Below the pieces are notes generated by a model. It was not told the origin of the DNA and ran no database searches. It saw only the letters and a program-made list of their open reading frames with translations. A stretch of DNA of 63,683 nucleotides, the filler included, from Choristocarpus tenellus KU-1152 (taxonomy: Eukaryota; Protista; Phaeophyceae): NCBI GenBank assembly GCA_964200185.2. It is 10 parts of 10 records of this genome, joined end to end, with 100 filler letters (N's around TTAATTAATTAA, not from the genome) between each part and the next. Parts side by side here need not be neighbours in the genome. Positions count along the whole stretch, not along the records: positions 47,406 to 51,163 come from CAXNAD020018109.1; positions 51,264 to 56,077 come from CAXNAD020012955.1; positions 56,178 to 63,683 come from CAXNAD020006047.1; 7 more parts are not named here. One strand, 5' to 3'. How positions within the stretch are numbered: the stretch's first letter is position 1; every line of letters begins with the position of its first letter. Positions 49,520 through 62,808 of this stretch are shown piece by piece. Made by a program: the position numbers and the translations under genes.

Positions 49520-50300
49520 TCTGATAGGAACAACGAACGAGGAAGGAAGGGTTGATTAGGGTAAAAATAATAATATCAACGGGTGGGCGAAGAGTTAAGC
49601 ACTGAGTGGTTAGGGGACGGAAGAGGTAGGAGAGAAGTTTGAGGAAACGGATGGTAGGTGGAAGCACAAGTTAGGAAGGGATGGATCAGAACATAAGGAA
49701 AACTCGAGGTTAGTGGAACAAGACGAGCAGGGTTAGAACAAGGCAACCTCTGAGCAATTTTCCTACCCACCCACCCTTTCGATTGCTCACAACCAACTGG
49801 GATGCTGGTGAACAGGGGGGGGAGGTCAAGTTCAGGCAAGGTAAATGTCTTCTAGTTTAAAGCCACGGTATTGAAGTGGATGATTAAGGGGTGTTCTTGG
49901 ATGATCATGGAGTGGTGTTGAGTGGTGTTGAATGGTTGTGTGGAGCGGAATGTGGTGGAAAGTGTCGTGGGGTTGAGTGGTGTTAAATGGTGCGGTAAAG
50001 TGCAAAGTGGGGTTAAGGGGGGTTGAATGGTGTGGTGAAGTGGAAAGTAGTGGAAAGTGTTGTGGGGTTGAGTGGGGTTGAATGGTGGAGTGGAGTGAAC
50101 AATGATGGTGACCAGAAATCAGTGGGGAAGGGGTTGTACTGGTTGGTCATCGGATGTCATTGGTGACTGGAAATCCGTCGCAAAGGGGGTTCACACTGGT
50201 TGGCCATAAGTGGTGTTACAATAGGGGGGGAGTAGAATGGGTGGAATGCAAAATAGAATAAGCAATAACAATCCAGAATTTTTGAGGAAAGCAAAGAAAA
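49520..50300 (-). repeat. Dispersed non-coding repeat (family D), copy 2
   Basis: Reverse-complement homology to 27698-28250; expanded internal GTGG/TTGAG microrepeats at 49905-50100. Confidence 0.7.
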
Positions 50301-51074
50301 TAGTTACCTACTTCTGCTATATCAGGGACAGGTGTTACAGGTGAATAGCGCGAGCATTTCTTTCTGCGTGCCAAAATGCGCGAACAGTATACATACGTAA
50401 GAATTCATGCAAGAGGAACTTTGAATTGATAGAAGATGCAGAGTAAGATTAGAAATATACATAACCTCACAGAATATATGTCAATTATTGAAAGTTACAC
50501 AATAAAGATTTATGATTGAAGTATCTACATAGCAGTTTGCAGACTTTATCTAACTCTTTGGCTGTAGAAAAATGGTGGATGAAAGTTAATAAAAGGCTGA
50601 AAGCTCACCACAACCCTTAGTTCTTTTGATAAGCGAAAGCGAGACATTGACTGAGCAAAGCATCAAACTGACACCGAACGTGGTCATCATCTGTGGACCC
50701 CCCTCGTAGCGTCATTTTAAGGTCATTGGATTTGAGTTGCATATCCTGTGGAGGTGAATTCTGAGGGGCGCCTGTAACACAGGTCCGTAATATTTACATA
50801 ATCTCCTGACAGTGACGAGGATAATGCGCGCGCCACCTTTTGCTTTGAGGTCAGCCCAAGTGAAGTGGTGTGGATCAGACACACGGCCAGCTTGCGTTAA
50901 ACCCAACATGAACGGTGGATTCGAACCAGCAAAGGTCGAGATTATGTCTTCTGCTCTGACTGGTCGCAACCAATCACAGTGGAGATTGATCCACATGCCA
51001 CTATAACGTGGTCAACATACCCCCAGCATGCCTCAGTCTCATCTCTCACTTCCTTTCTGAACCTCATCTCTGGT

Positions 51075-51163
51075 GACCCAAAGTATCAGGGAGGGGGGGG
51101 GGGGGCTAGACCAGGGTTTCCATTGGGGCCAAAATCAGGAAGGGGGCTTTCCAGTAACCATCC
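51075..51163. mobile_element. MITE family B end, cut by the contig edge
   Basis: GACCCAAAGTATCAGGGAG(G)n CTAGACCAGGGTTTCCATT. Confidence 0.7.
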
Positions 51164-51768
51164 NNNNNNNNNNNNNNNNNNNNNNNNNNNNNNNNNNNNN
51201 NNNNNNNTTAATTAATTAANNNNNNNNNNNNNNNNNNNNNNNNNNNNNNNNNNNNNNNNNNNNGAAGAAAAAATAGGGACATTATATGAGGTGGGTGGGG
51301 GGGGGGGGGGGGGGGGGGGGGGGGAATAAGAAATTTGATACTGTGCTCGCAGGTAGACATGTCAGGAAATAAATTGTGAGGAGTATCATGGCATGCAAAA
51401 CTCAGGGTGAGAATCCACTAGGTACCATACACTCAACTGCTTCACTTCAAATGACTCTCAAACACACATAGTTCATTTTGAAGCATGGAAGGTGAACTGT
51501 GTGTGTTTTTCTGATGGATGATGACCATGCACCTCATATATCTACGATCCATACATACCCAGACAATGCAGACAACATCACATAAACACACAAACACACA
51601 AACACACCCATTCAACATTTGCACTGACTACACGTGTGGAATATACACACAACCAAAATAAAAATAATAACATAGAAAGAGTAACAAAAATAAAAAATAT
51701 ATATATCCTATGTAATAGTGAAGCACCTGAATCAAAGAGCAGTAACCCTAACCCTCTTTCTTGCTTAC

Positions 51769-54128
51769 CTGGTTGATGTCGTCCACCATTACAAGGTCAT
51801 CCTCAATCCTTGTCAACGACGAGTGGTTCAAAGCCCAAAGGGGCTCCTTAGCCGATCTCTTCACTGTCTTCTTTGCCCCTGACTGCAACTGAACACTCAC
51901 GGAATCGCCTCCTCCATCCTTAAGCACCCTGGCAGGCGTCCACCCTTCTTTGTCATCACTCACCTGTTGTCTCAGATAACCATGGGAAGTCAAGCGTCAG
52001 GGTGGGGTGTGGGGCATGCATGGGAGGGGGGAAATAGGACTTTGGTTGCATGCATGTTCATTTTTTTAGCATAAACACTATGGAATTACTCATACAACAG
52101 AGCCCCTTTTTTTGCCTCCAGAGAGAGTACTATATATCACCCAAAATTTGAGGAAACAGTGTGTTGTGAAAGTGTGTTGACGCATCACACAACACCCATG
52201 ACAACAAATCATGGTCCTCGGAACAGTTGTCCAATCACAGACACCACCAACACCCAGGTGCATTGCACATATTCTACCAATTTGGGGGGAGTGGGGGGAG
52301 GGAGGGAGAAGGTTGAGAGAAAACATTCTCAAATTGAATTTGTACTCTAGGAGGTACACTGTGGGGGTTTGCATGCCAACCTGAGCACCAATTCAAGAAT
52401 GGTGGCCACTCCCCTACCTTGCTCAGGTGAAAGACTTATTTAGCACCCAAATCAAAGCTAAATGTAAGCACAACTTGCACTTGGGGAAAATACATCAATA
52501 TTTCTTGTTCCGCTTCCATGTGTTCACTTAGAACATGCTGTTACTCCTTACAACTCACCATTTTCCTAGCAACATCAATCTATTCAAAGTACATTCAACC
52601 ACTACTAACGAGGGAGGTACTCGACAGCTAAGTGCAGTAGCCCAAATCTGCATTTCCCACATTCACAGGTGTTTTGTGCAACCTTGATGGGATGGAATCG
52701 TGTAGCCTTGTGCACATGGTCAGTGCCCAAAGAACCCTCTAAAGGGTTTACACACCTTCACCTGTATAGCCCTTACTCTGAGCAAAATGCGACTGTCTTG
52801 AATGGTTAACCACAGCACTAGGGTCAGACCACTGTATCTATTCACGCCCACTCTATCCCACTGGTTCGAGAGGTTTCCAGAATTCAAAAAATATATACCA
52901 TTGCCAGGTGTGATGCAAAATTTTATAGGAAGCCTACAGTTGTATGAAGTGGTAAGTAACTAGCACACACGCCCAACACAAGCGGCATTGTCGCCTGTCA
53001 CCCACACATTTGATAGTGTTTACGTGCTCTCCAGGCACAACATCCGAACCCTAACCCTGATGTCTTCTATCTTGTTCCAGCTTGCCCATAAATAGAAGGT
53101 GCACACGATTGGATACAAGGCAACCACAAGTTCCAACTGCACCTACCTCATCCCAGCGCAAGTATCACCCCTCCAAACTAAGCGAAAGGGATGTAATGCC
53201 GAAGGACAGACATCAGTTCACCCCATCAACCCCCAAACTACCTCGAGCTCCCCAATGCCTCTCACCCAAGCCCATGGACCGCTGTTGCTCTCTAGTTCCT
53301 CTGGCGTCTTCAGGCAATCTGGTTTATCCCACGTCACGGTTTCGCTGGAGGGGTTAAAAAAATACGGCACTCCGTCAGCTGTCTTCTTCTCCACCCAGTT
53401 TGTAGACTTCGAGAGAGCTGCCAGGCTCCTCCCTGCATAGAGTGAGATGACAAATGGCAACGGCATTGTCGCGGCAAAGGTGTCACGGGGGACAATCGAA
53501 AGTCGGAGTTGGGAACGAGGCAAAGGTGATATCAATAACAAAGTGACATTTGCTATGGTGCATGTGGTTGAAACCACTTTCAGTCGGTGGAATACAAAGA
53601 CGGATCCCAAACACAGGAACGAACCAAGCTGACCAGTACCTCGTAGGTCATAGCGCAGAGTCGCAAGGTTCGATATTCATTTCCGCATGAGACAGGGTCA
53701 CACGGATAGGAGATCTGAGAGCGACGGAAGCTATAGCTTCATTAGGTAAGAAGAATCCTGTAGCAATCTGTGGGCAGATTGTCACCCGCATTCTTACCCC
53801 TGTGAGAACACCAACCTGACATTCCCCGCATGTGAGTACCGCCATGGGGCGTCCGAGTAGAAGCCCCATTGACCCCATGCTTTGGTGGTAGAGGGGGTAC
53901 ATTCTTCGCAGGGAGTGGCGGAGCCACTGACGGCGAAGCAGCAGCTTTGACTTGTGCGTGCAGATGAGATATAGAGGAAAGAGGTTCCCATCCTGGCTGC
54001 CCATCCTTCCATACGAACGTAGAATCCCCAATTGCACTAGATGCAAGTAGCCTCCCCAGTTCAGGTATGCTACAGGGTCCCTGCTGCGCATTCGTGGCTC
54101 CGTCTACATAGAACCAACTATCCGCCAT
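51769..54128 (-). CDS. Unconventional myosin 5' end: GYF_2 (DUF4339) + Pro-rich linker + WW + myosin N-terminal SH3-like + start of motor
   Basis: Exons 54128-53816, 53432-53266 and 51963-51769, in phase. WFYVD..QQGPCS..L...STFVWKDGQPGWEPL; WVEKKTADGVPYFFNPSSETVTWDKP; WAWVSDDKEGWTPARV...EDDLVMVDDINQ. Confidence 0.8.
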
Positions 54129-56177
54129 CGCTGATGAAGGACAAGGAATCAAAATATATACGCCACTGCAGGTGGCAGTCCCCTTCACTCCTCCCAAGAA
54201 GGGAAACAAACCCGGATCAATAAAGTCCTCCAAAGGTACAACAAAATCTGGGTCAGCTCTCTTGCTTCCTCCTCACGTCTCTCTATACCAAGAGTTCGTT
54301 TGGGCAAGTAGCACAGAGTACTATTACATTCATTATCCTTTTTTGTAGTTCACCATCGGATAAACTTTTTTTTGAGGTGGTCGACTTGACTCAAACGTAA
54401 CTTTTTGGACGAAACGTTCGACTCATTTTGGGGTTGATAATAGTTGTGAGGTCTGTTAAACCATGAACATCGTCACACCATCATCAAGTGGGAAGGAGAA
54501 CACCCTGTTGTGTTACCGAACGGGTCCACTTCTTCATATAGAGACTAGAGAGGATGAAGTTGTCCCCACGTATGGACATGAACGATACCGATTTTTTCGG
54601 ACCCGGTTATGGTTTGGTGGACGAAACCTCCGATGTCTCATTCTTGTCTGTATATTTGTATGGAGGAAACTTATTCCCACCCCAGATTCCTTGACTTGAC
54701 GTAGATACATGTAGACAAGCCACTCCGGTCGTGCTTTTGAAGGTATTTGGTCCCATCTTCAGTGATTTTTCAATTTTGCTGGTTGTCGGTCACTCTTTTC
54801 TGTGGCACCTTCCCGACAGACCCGACAACAGAACCCCTTCCCTTCCAGCGCTTACCACTAGGTGAGAATAAAGCCTAGAAATCTCGATTATTACGAGATC
54901 CCAAAGGATGCAATGTGTTGAACCTATTGATTTTTGAGCCATAAACGTGACCTGCCAGATACCAGAAAAATGCTATCTCAATTATTTAAAATAATCAGGA
55001 GGTTGTGGACAGTGGAAGGATAAATAGACATAATGTAGTCCTGAAATGGACGAAAGGGGAAACGGGAAGATTGAGATCACCACTCGGGGAGTGTGCAATT
55101 TGTGGGGTGATGATCCACAGATTATACTGGGTTAGTTCCCCAGCCTCTGATTATGTCAAATCATCGAGATACCACTACTGGAGCAGATATCAAACAGTAG
55201 TATCTCAACAATTTGACAGGAATACCCGTTGACACTTGTATTATGTATGTTGCTCATCTAACTACCTCGAGATCTCCATTCACCATGCATACATCTTATA
55301 ATCTGGAAGACTAATGCCCTTTCAAAAATGGTTACTGATTGAAATACTCGAGCAGTACCAGGCGGGGAAGGTTGAAACTATTCCTTAGACAAGTCCCTCA
55401 GCTACCACGATGACCGCAACCAAGTGGATGATACATTTACCTACAAGGAAAAGCGGGACCGTTTTCCCTACTACCTCCAGCGAGAGGATACATACAGAAT
55501 GTGAAGAGGAGGGTACGGAGTACAGGCTCAATGGCAAACGCGAAGATTGAGATGATTGCTCGAGGGGATCACCCAATTAATTGGGTGGTGGTGCACGGAT
55601 TGTGCGAGGCAGGTTCCCAACCTGTGATTTATGTAAATATTGAGATACCACGTTCAAGTCTATCTGCCTCGATGGAACAGTGGTATCTCAATGTTTGGAA
55701 AAGGTTCTGGTTACAACTGAAAGTCATTATATTTTTTTAAGTTTGTTACAAGCCACAAGTCCCCCAATATTGGGGGAGGGAGAAGTATGTTATCATTACA
55801 ATACATGCTTTCAAAACCTTCCATTTACACACAATATATTTCCGTCCATGCCATACAGTACGTAGAGTTCTAGAGAAATGTGTGTTATAGTGTCGTATGT
55901 TTTACCTAGTAGGACTCTGAACTAAGGAAGAATGTTTGGTACAGAGAGGAATCAGATCATCTAAAGGCTGGAAACTAGTCCTAATCAAACGTACTTTACA
56001 GCCAAGTCAAGTCACTGACTACCATCGGAATGAGCAATAAGATTAGGTGCACGCACAAGAGATGTTAAAGAAACTGGNNNNNNNNNNNNNNNNNNNNNNN
56101 NNNNNNNNNNNNNNNNNNNNNTTAATTAATTAANNNNNNNNNNNNNNNNNNNNNNNNNNNNNNNNNNNNNNNNNNNN

Positions 56178-59100
56178 GGGGACAGGGGCGCAGCAGGGCC
56201 GTGGCGGGCGGTGTGATCGGAGGGGGGGGGGGGGCGGGGGAGGAGGGGGGGGGGGGGGGTGCAGAGGCTTTGGCATTTCCAAGAGAGCTGTCCCAACTAC
56301 CAAAGCAACTGTTTCACCTCAGGAGGGGGCCACTACTGGGACCCCTGCTTCAGAACCCAGATGATCAGCTGTGCCTGAGGCATCTGTATCTGAGGGGGGG
56401 GTTGGAAGACTGTCTGAGGATGATGGAGCCGAGCATGATGTCCCTGAATGTGAGGGGAGAGGGGTTTTGAGTTGTTTGTTCTCCCCCAATGTATTTTTTT
56501 GTGTTACATTAAAATGTCTTTTGTTTATGGTGGGAGTGGGAATTCAAATACATGAAATGTTGAGAGCAATCGATGATTTGCGATGCAGGGGGGGGGGGGG
56601 GGGGGGGGGGGGGAGTTTGGAGGGGCAAANNNNNNNNNNGTGGGTGTTGGGGGGTGGGGGGTGTGTTGAGGGGGGGGGGGGTGGGGGGGTGGGGGGGGGG
56701 TGGGGGGGGGGGGGGGGGGGGGGGGAGGGGGGGGGTACATTTAGAGTCGCCAACTGATGCTATGCAGACAAAATTGAGATGAAATGTAGGCAGGCGTTTG
56801 TGGGGTGTTTCGTACCCAACTTGCAAAAAAAAATATGGGACGCAAAAGGATTGAAAAAAAATATATAAAATAAAAGAACTCTGTATGGTGCAAGATTTTA
56901 CCATTTTTTTGTATTTTTACCTACCTGGTTCCTTTTAATTCGCAAACGTCATGTTATTGAGCGACGGAGGTAGTCGGTAGTTTTACGAGTGGCAAGAGAT
57001 TCGAGTGTTATTTTAAAAAAGAATTAAAAAAAGAAAAAGAAGTGGTTTTGTTGTTGAGATGTGAGGTGTGTGTTGTGCTGCTGTTGCACGGGAAATGAGA
57101 GACTAGGACGTGCGTGCGCTCGTTGTGTTCTTTGTAATATTTCAAACGTTCAATGAAATACATTCACGCCTCGGAATGTATACAAACCCCGATGCTGGCA
57201 TTGCGTCCCCATACAGTGCTCGGCCACAATTCAACATGCAATGTCGGTTGTCTAGCTCTAGGCATGGATGTAAGGTCCGGTATCAGGGCAATCGATCGTT
57301 GTCTGCCGCCCTTTGCTCTGTGATGTGTGTTGCCTGGAAAGGGTTGGAGTGCATTTGTGCTATTTTTTATTTAATGGGTGTTCGTTCATTGGTCGATACA
57401 GTGTGTTGGGGAACCGTTTTTTTGGTCTCTTTTTTTATTTTTTTATTTGTGTTTGTGTTTGCTTCAATATCTTACTTACAGCATGGAAAGAAAAAAAAAG
57501 TAAGAAATTTTGGATGAAAAAATATATAATGGTTCCAAAAAAATCCGTACGTTTGTTGTACCCCCCCATGATGGGGTGATCCTTTGTACCAGCAAACACT
57601 CGTGTCGATTTGCTCCGTAACGTGCCTTGTTCAGGATAAGACATGTGTAAGACATGTATTTGGGACTATTTGCACGATGATGTCCCTTGTTCAGGATAAG
57701 GATAAGAGTTCTGCGATTATTATTTTAGTTGTGGTGTGTGCCCATCATGTTTTTTTTGAGGTGAGAGTCCATTCTTTCGGGGTGTACAATGCCCCTGAGT
57801 ACTTTTACTGTTTAACTACTTTGTATCATTTTTTTGATGTATACATACATACATACATGTTCTTTTGGTCGAGAGGATACTGATGATAGAGCCAGTCAAC
57901 TCTAAAAGTTTGAAGTTGGAGGAACTTTTGAAGTCATGCTATAGTAAAACCTCATCTGGGAGGGTGCGGTCATGGTCTGTCCCATCCCATCACCGCGAAA
58001 ACTTTTTTTTTCAGAATAGAACTGCGAGGCGTTTGTGTCTATTGTCTATTGTGTGTGTTGACGGAATGGTCTCTACTTTTGTTTGTCTATTTAATGGTGC
58101 AACTGTAGTATTTAATACCAAGTACTTTGTTACGTACTGGTTGGATCCTTTTGAAAACTGACTTCTTGCCATGCAAAAAATTATATATATATATATATAT
58201 TATTTTTGTTGCATTAACACATTTGGCACCGGAGGAAATATCAACTGCCACGAATCGATGCACTTGAATGTTGAGATGATTCCAACAAGGGTTACTTGAT
58301 AAGTAGACATAAGAGATACGGAGAAAAAAAATATATATATATATATATATATGCAGGAAATGAAAAACGCCTCCATTCAGAGATGACCACACCGCTGTTT
58401 CAACCCCTCGATACACTTTGGCAACCTCAACAATGTGATACGCATTTTGTACCGATCCCCTGCCCCCCCCCCCCCCCCCCCCATCCTGACTCAACTACTA
58501 ACAGGCACCTGATGCTCTTCAGTTTATGTCCCCTCTCGAGCATGTTGGGGATGGGGACAACAGCAACGGGGTTGGGAGGGATGGGACCTCGGGGGGTGGG
58601 GGACCAGTTGGTGTGGGTTTGACAGTGCCATTGACACCAGTCCCGGTGGAGACATTGGCGATGCTCTCAGATCACCTGTTGGTAAGTGCATTAGATTTGG
58701 GTCTTGCTTGGCAGGAGAGTTGGTTGTCTAAGATTGTAGTCGTGTGAAGGCGTTTTTTTGGAGGGGAGAGAGGTGGGAATGAACGTGAGTTTGCATCTTT
58801 GGGTGTGGTTGTGGAAGGGGAGGGGGGGGTTCAACATTTTGGTGTTGTTTTGTTGTCGTGATGATTTGTCCAGCAGAATGACTGTGTCCGTTTTGACTTC
58901 TTTTTTGGACTCAAAACTCCTTTTTTGGTCTAGTATTTCACCCCCCTGCTGCCTTCTTTTTTTTGGTTGAGCTCTGTCAAATGCCCTAACCCTAACCCAC
59001 CTTTCTTGTGTTATTTTTGGGGGGTTTTGGTTGGTGTTGATGTATTTGCGTGTGCTGAAGATACTGGATACACATGATCGAATTTTCATCTGGAGCGGCA

Positions 59101-60022
59101 GTGCAGTTTGCGGCAAGGAGTTCGATCCACTTCGACAGGCGTGTCTGGAGCACATTTCCTCCTCGGCTGCCTCCCGCTTCCCATCTGCTCCTGTGGCCTT
59201 CCTTAAGGTGAGGACAGGCAACGTGGGAAACTCTACTTACTCTCTCCTTCCCAGCCTGGAAGATTGCATATTACTACGCTGTGTGGAGTGTACTTTTGTG
59301 CATCTTCTGGGCCACTCGAGGGATAGAGAAGGAATTGAAAGTTTGAAGAGGCCTCGTGTTCCTGCACTATGAAAGTGTGATGCTGTTTCTGTTGGGATGT
59401 TCTGTCACCTTGCCTCTCTTACCGGATGGACTCTGCAAGACTGAATAATCGTTTGAATTTGTAGCTTGCCTGTGGAACGCCTTGCTTCTTGCTTCATTTT
59501 GTTGACAACAGTCTTGTTCCTTCTTTGTGGAAAAGATACAGGCTGGGAAGACAGATATTTTTACCCCAAACTCATCACGTGATCCCTTACTAGCAATGTT
59601 TGTTCTGTATCCTGAACTCGAATCTTTGCATACATAACCCTTGGCATTCTCACCTGTGTGCTTGTGACCCAACAATGTAGGACATCCTAATGTAGTGTTG
59701 ATATCTACCTTTGGAAAGTTCATTTCAAGCAAATCTGTTGTGGTTGCTAAGCCAATTGGAAAATGCATTCCTCCCCCACCAGCCTAATCCCAGCCCATCC
59801 TTATCCCTTTCTCCCCCCCCTCAGGATGGGTCATCATGGTCTCGATACCTCACCTCTCGGTTGATACCCTCACACAAAGACTCACCAGAACAGCAGTTGA
59901 TGGGGTTCCCAGCTCTGGCTAGTGTGCCAAGGGCTGAGTTAGAGGGGCTGCGCTGTAAGCTCCCTCAGACAGACGATCCTAGCTACCACACATATTTCTG
60001 GAGAGTGTGTGGCAACACATAA
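56178..60022 (+). CDS. SEC23: Sec23-family COPII protein of the divergent plant SEC23A-like type, 3' exons
   Basis: Exons <56178-56449, 58541-58681, 59061-59207 and 59825-60022 (stop). FPRELSQLPKQLFHLRRGPLLG, ILDTHDRIFIWSG (gelsolin-like), GSSWSRYLTSRLIPSHKD...FP...TDDPSY. Confidence 0.85.
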
Positions 60023-60849
60023 TGATAGTGGTATTGACATCACTGTTCTGTTGCCCTCTGATTGGAGCACAGGCACCTCCATGGTTCTTGTCGAACCCCC
60101 CATGCTCAAGTAGAATGATACATATAATGCCCCTCTCATTACCTTCTATAAAGATGTCAAACACTAAAAGTATATGATACCGTGGACACTCAGCTGTGAG
60201 ATCACTCAATGCATTTAACTAAAGACTCGATGCTTCTTAGAGGTTGCAAACTTAACAAGGATCCCTTGGGTTGTCTCCCATCAATGCTCCTGCTGTCTCC
60301 ATCACAAGCCAAGGCAATATGCAACCAGATTCATTCCATTGTGAAATATTACCTAGAAGCATATTATGGGGTCTTGAAATTGCGACTGCCATGAGAGGCC
60401 AATACTTTGCGAGTGAGGCAACACAACACCGGGGATTATCCTTCTTTGCCATCTCCAACTGACCCGGGTATTGATAGAGAAACCTCTCCTGGATAAAAAA
60501 ACCTTTACCATTTGAAGACTTTCAAGTATGGTAGGATCTCTTGAGATTTCAACCCTATGAGTGGTTGGCGGAGTGATGTCTTTACCCATCACCGTATCTA
60601 ATCCCATTGCTTGTTCTTCTGGGGAGGATGGAGGACGTAGGGTATTATTTTAGTGTCAGTCTTCTCTCCTTGCACTGGGGTATGGAGTGAATCCAGTGGA
60701 GTACAACCAGAGAACAGGAGCAGCAGTCCGAGTGGCAAGGTAGAAGTCTTCTCAGTCTAGGCTTTGTGGATGAATTCCTGTAGCAGATTGAGCACTAAAC
60801 GTTTTTTCTTCAACACTATATAGTGGGCCGCATTATCACCTCAAAAAAA

Positions 60850-62330
60850 GGGGCTTATTATCTTGTATTACACAGTACTCTGTAAGAGGTTGAATTCCGT
60901 ATGCTTCAACTCTTCAGGCTTGAGTATTTTGGGCCATACACAGTTTCTATATACCGTTGGAGGTCGGATGGTATTGATCTTGTAGCCCCAGAATGGGTAA
61001 CAACTGCACATGTGCACCATTATTGGTAGCGCAACCTTACCTACAAAGTCGCGTCTCCTGCTATGGTTACTGCATTTAATTAAGCTTTGGCTGACTTGCC
61101 TCCTCTCCTCTGTTTTATGGTGGAGATATGAAGACAAACCTACTTTGATTGAAGTATGGAAGAAAGCACCATGTGGGAAATACACATCCATGCAATAATA
61201 GCCACTTACAGAACACAGAATTTCTTGCCACCCCTTTCCACACGCACACAGTTACATCTGCCTGACCTTGGTCATGTTACTCCAGTCAAACTGTGTTTCC
61301 CGAACCACACCCAAACAAGGCCTAGAATCAGCATGTGGTCTGGGTAGACAAACGTTTTTCGCACACACATACTATATATTCCAAGAGGTCTACCTCTCAC
61401 ATCTCGCCTTGCACAACAATAATGGACAGGTGACCTGAGGAGGCATTTGTTGCTCTTGATTGTGTTGGTTCCTCCTGGTGCATTTCAAGCCATGGTACAG
61501 CGAGCGTATGCAAGGCAGCCCAACGAAATCTTAGCCAATCATTCCCAAAGCACCTCACACTACTTAGGCTTGAAGCACAACAGGATATTGAGGCGTGCAT
61601 TCTCACTGAGTCGAAAATAAGAACCCAGATTTTGGGCGTTTTGCATGTTAAGTCTGTTTTTCAATCTTTTGCAAATTCTCCCATATTTTTATTATTTATA
61701 TCAATCAAGCGCTAAGTTCGACTTGAGAGCGTTTACTTCTCTACTGTTTGAAAAAATTTCTGACACAATTCGGAAAATATCCGTACGTTTTGTAAAAAAA
61801 AGGCAAATTTTTGCACACATTTTGTCAGCATCCTTAAAATGCCAATCTCTCGTTACTTTGACTCACTGATCCGACCAATGATGAGCAAAGGCAGCAAGAC
61901 ACTGACCTGCATGTATGCATGGGTCGCAACCAAATACAGTTGGCTTCACTTCTCAGGCTTCCCTAAGTTTGAAGCCCCCACCAAGTAGTAAATACCCAGC
62001 TGGATCTAACTTGCAACAAGCCCCCTGTTCTTAGAGCTCCACCTGTAGGTGTACATAGTGTTCTATCGAGTGCATGTGCACTACAGTTGTACAATAGATA
62101 TGTTGCATGCTGTGATCCTGCTCGGTACCGTAGGTAGCAAAATATCCATGATCGTGTTTTTGCACATGAACGCACAAACATGCACCCAGTACCCTCTTGG
62201 TTATCACTCTCAAGTCTCAACAAGGACATCCACCCCATGCATCAACCTATTGAACGCACTCACTGTCCATGTTTTTCTGGAGTTGTTCATACGACCAAAG
62301 GCATTACACCCCAAGCTAGACCAATTGCAA
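60850..62330 (-). mobile_element. Highly decayed L1/Tx1-like LINE (endonuclease and RT traces)
   Basis: CNAF...VDVLVET (APE-like start). GRISENARL is restored once the 61608-61864 insert is removed. Also CFGNDWLR and FVYPDHMLI. Many stops; boundaries approximate. Confidence 0.4.
61608..61864. mobile_element. MITE family C (GAG...CTC ends)
   Basis: GAGTCGAAAATAAG ... CGTTACTTTGACTC; ACT duplicated at the flanks; removal restores a LINE RT motif. Confidence 0.65.
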
Positions 62331-62551
62331 CCATCTTCTTCTCGTTTCTTAAGTAGCACAGTTTTACAGTTGATGCTCGAAATGTAGCCTTCCTGTGCCT
62401 TAAACATGTCTCAAGGTCACAAAGTTTCCACCCACCCCCAGTGTGCCTCCTTGCGCTCTGTATTTGCTCCACCCCCTTGGCCTAATCCATGAGTCATGGT
62501 TACATGCCACCTCCTACTACATACAGGTGCAAGTTGGAGGACTTGTGTGAA

Positions 62552-62808
62552 GAGTGAAAGTATCTTAGAGGGTACGAGTCTTTCCCTGTTTGTCTGTTTG
62601 GGATTTGGCTTCCCATATTTTTTTCATGACATTTTCCTACTCCAAGATGTTTCAGAGTAGGTAAAAAGTATACGTTATGAAAAGGTGTGTCCAGAACAAC
62701 GATATTGACACTTTTTGATTGATATGATAACCAAAATTACATCAATATCGCAACATTGGAGTTTGGCCCCCAAATGGACGCAGCTCTACCCTCTAAGATA
62801 CTTGGCTC
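62552..62808 (+). mobile_element. MITE family A, complete copy
   Basis: GAGTGAAAGTATCTTAGAGGGTA ... TACCCTCTAAGATACTTGGCTC; flanks TGAA/GGAA (3 of 4 match). Confidence 0.9.

Noticed and set aside
50712-50996. 94-aa ORF with protein-like composition
   Set aside because: No recognisable motif or splice context.
55100-55730. Possible very old Gypsy RT trace on the minus strand
   Set aside because: Only vague motif resemblance, with many stops; not supportable without alignment.
56509-56904. Poly-Pro/poly-Gly ORFs (also 39234-39677)
   Set aside because: Derived from G/C homopolymer runs around internal gaps; low-quality sequence.
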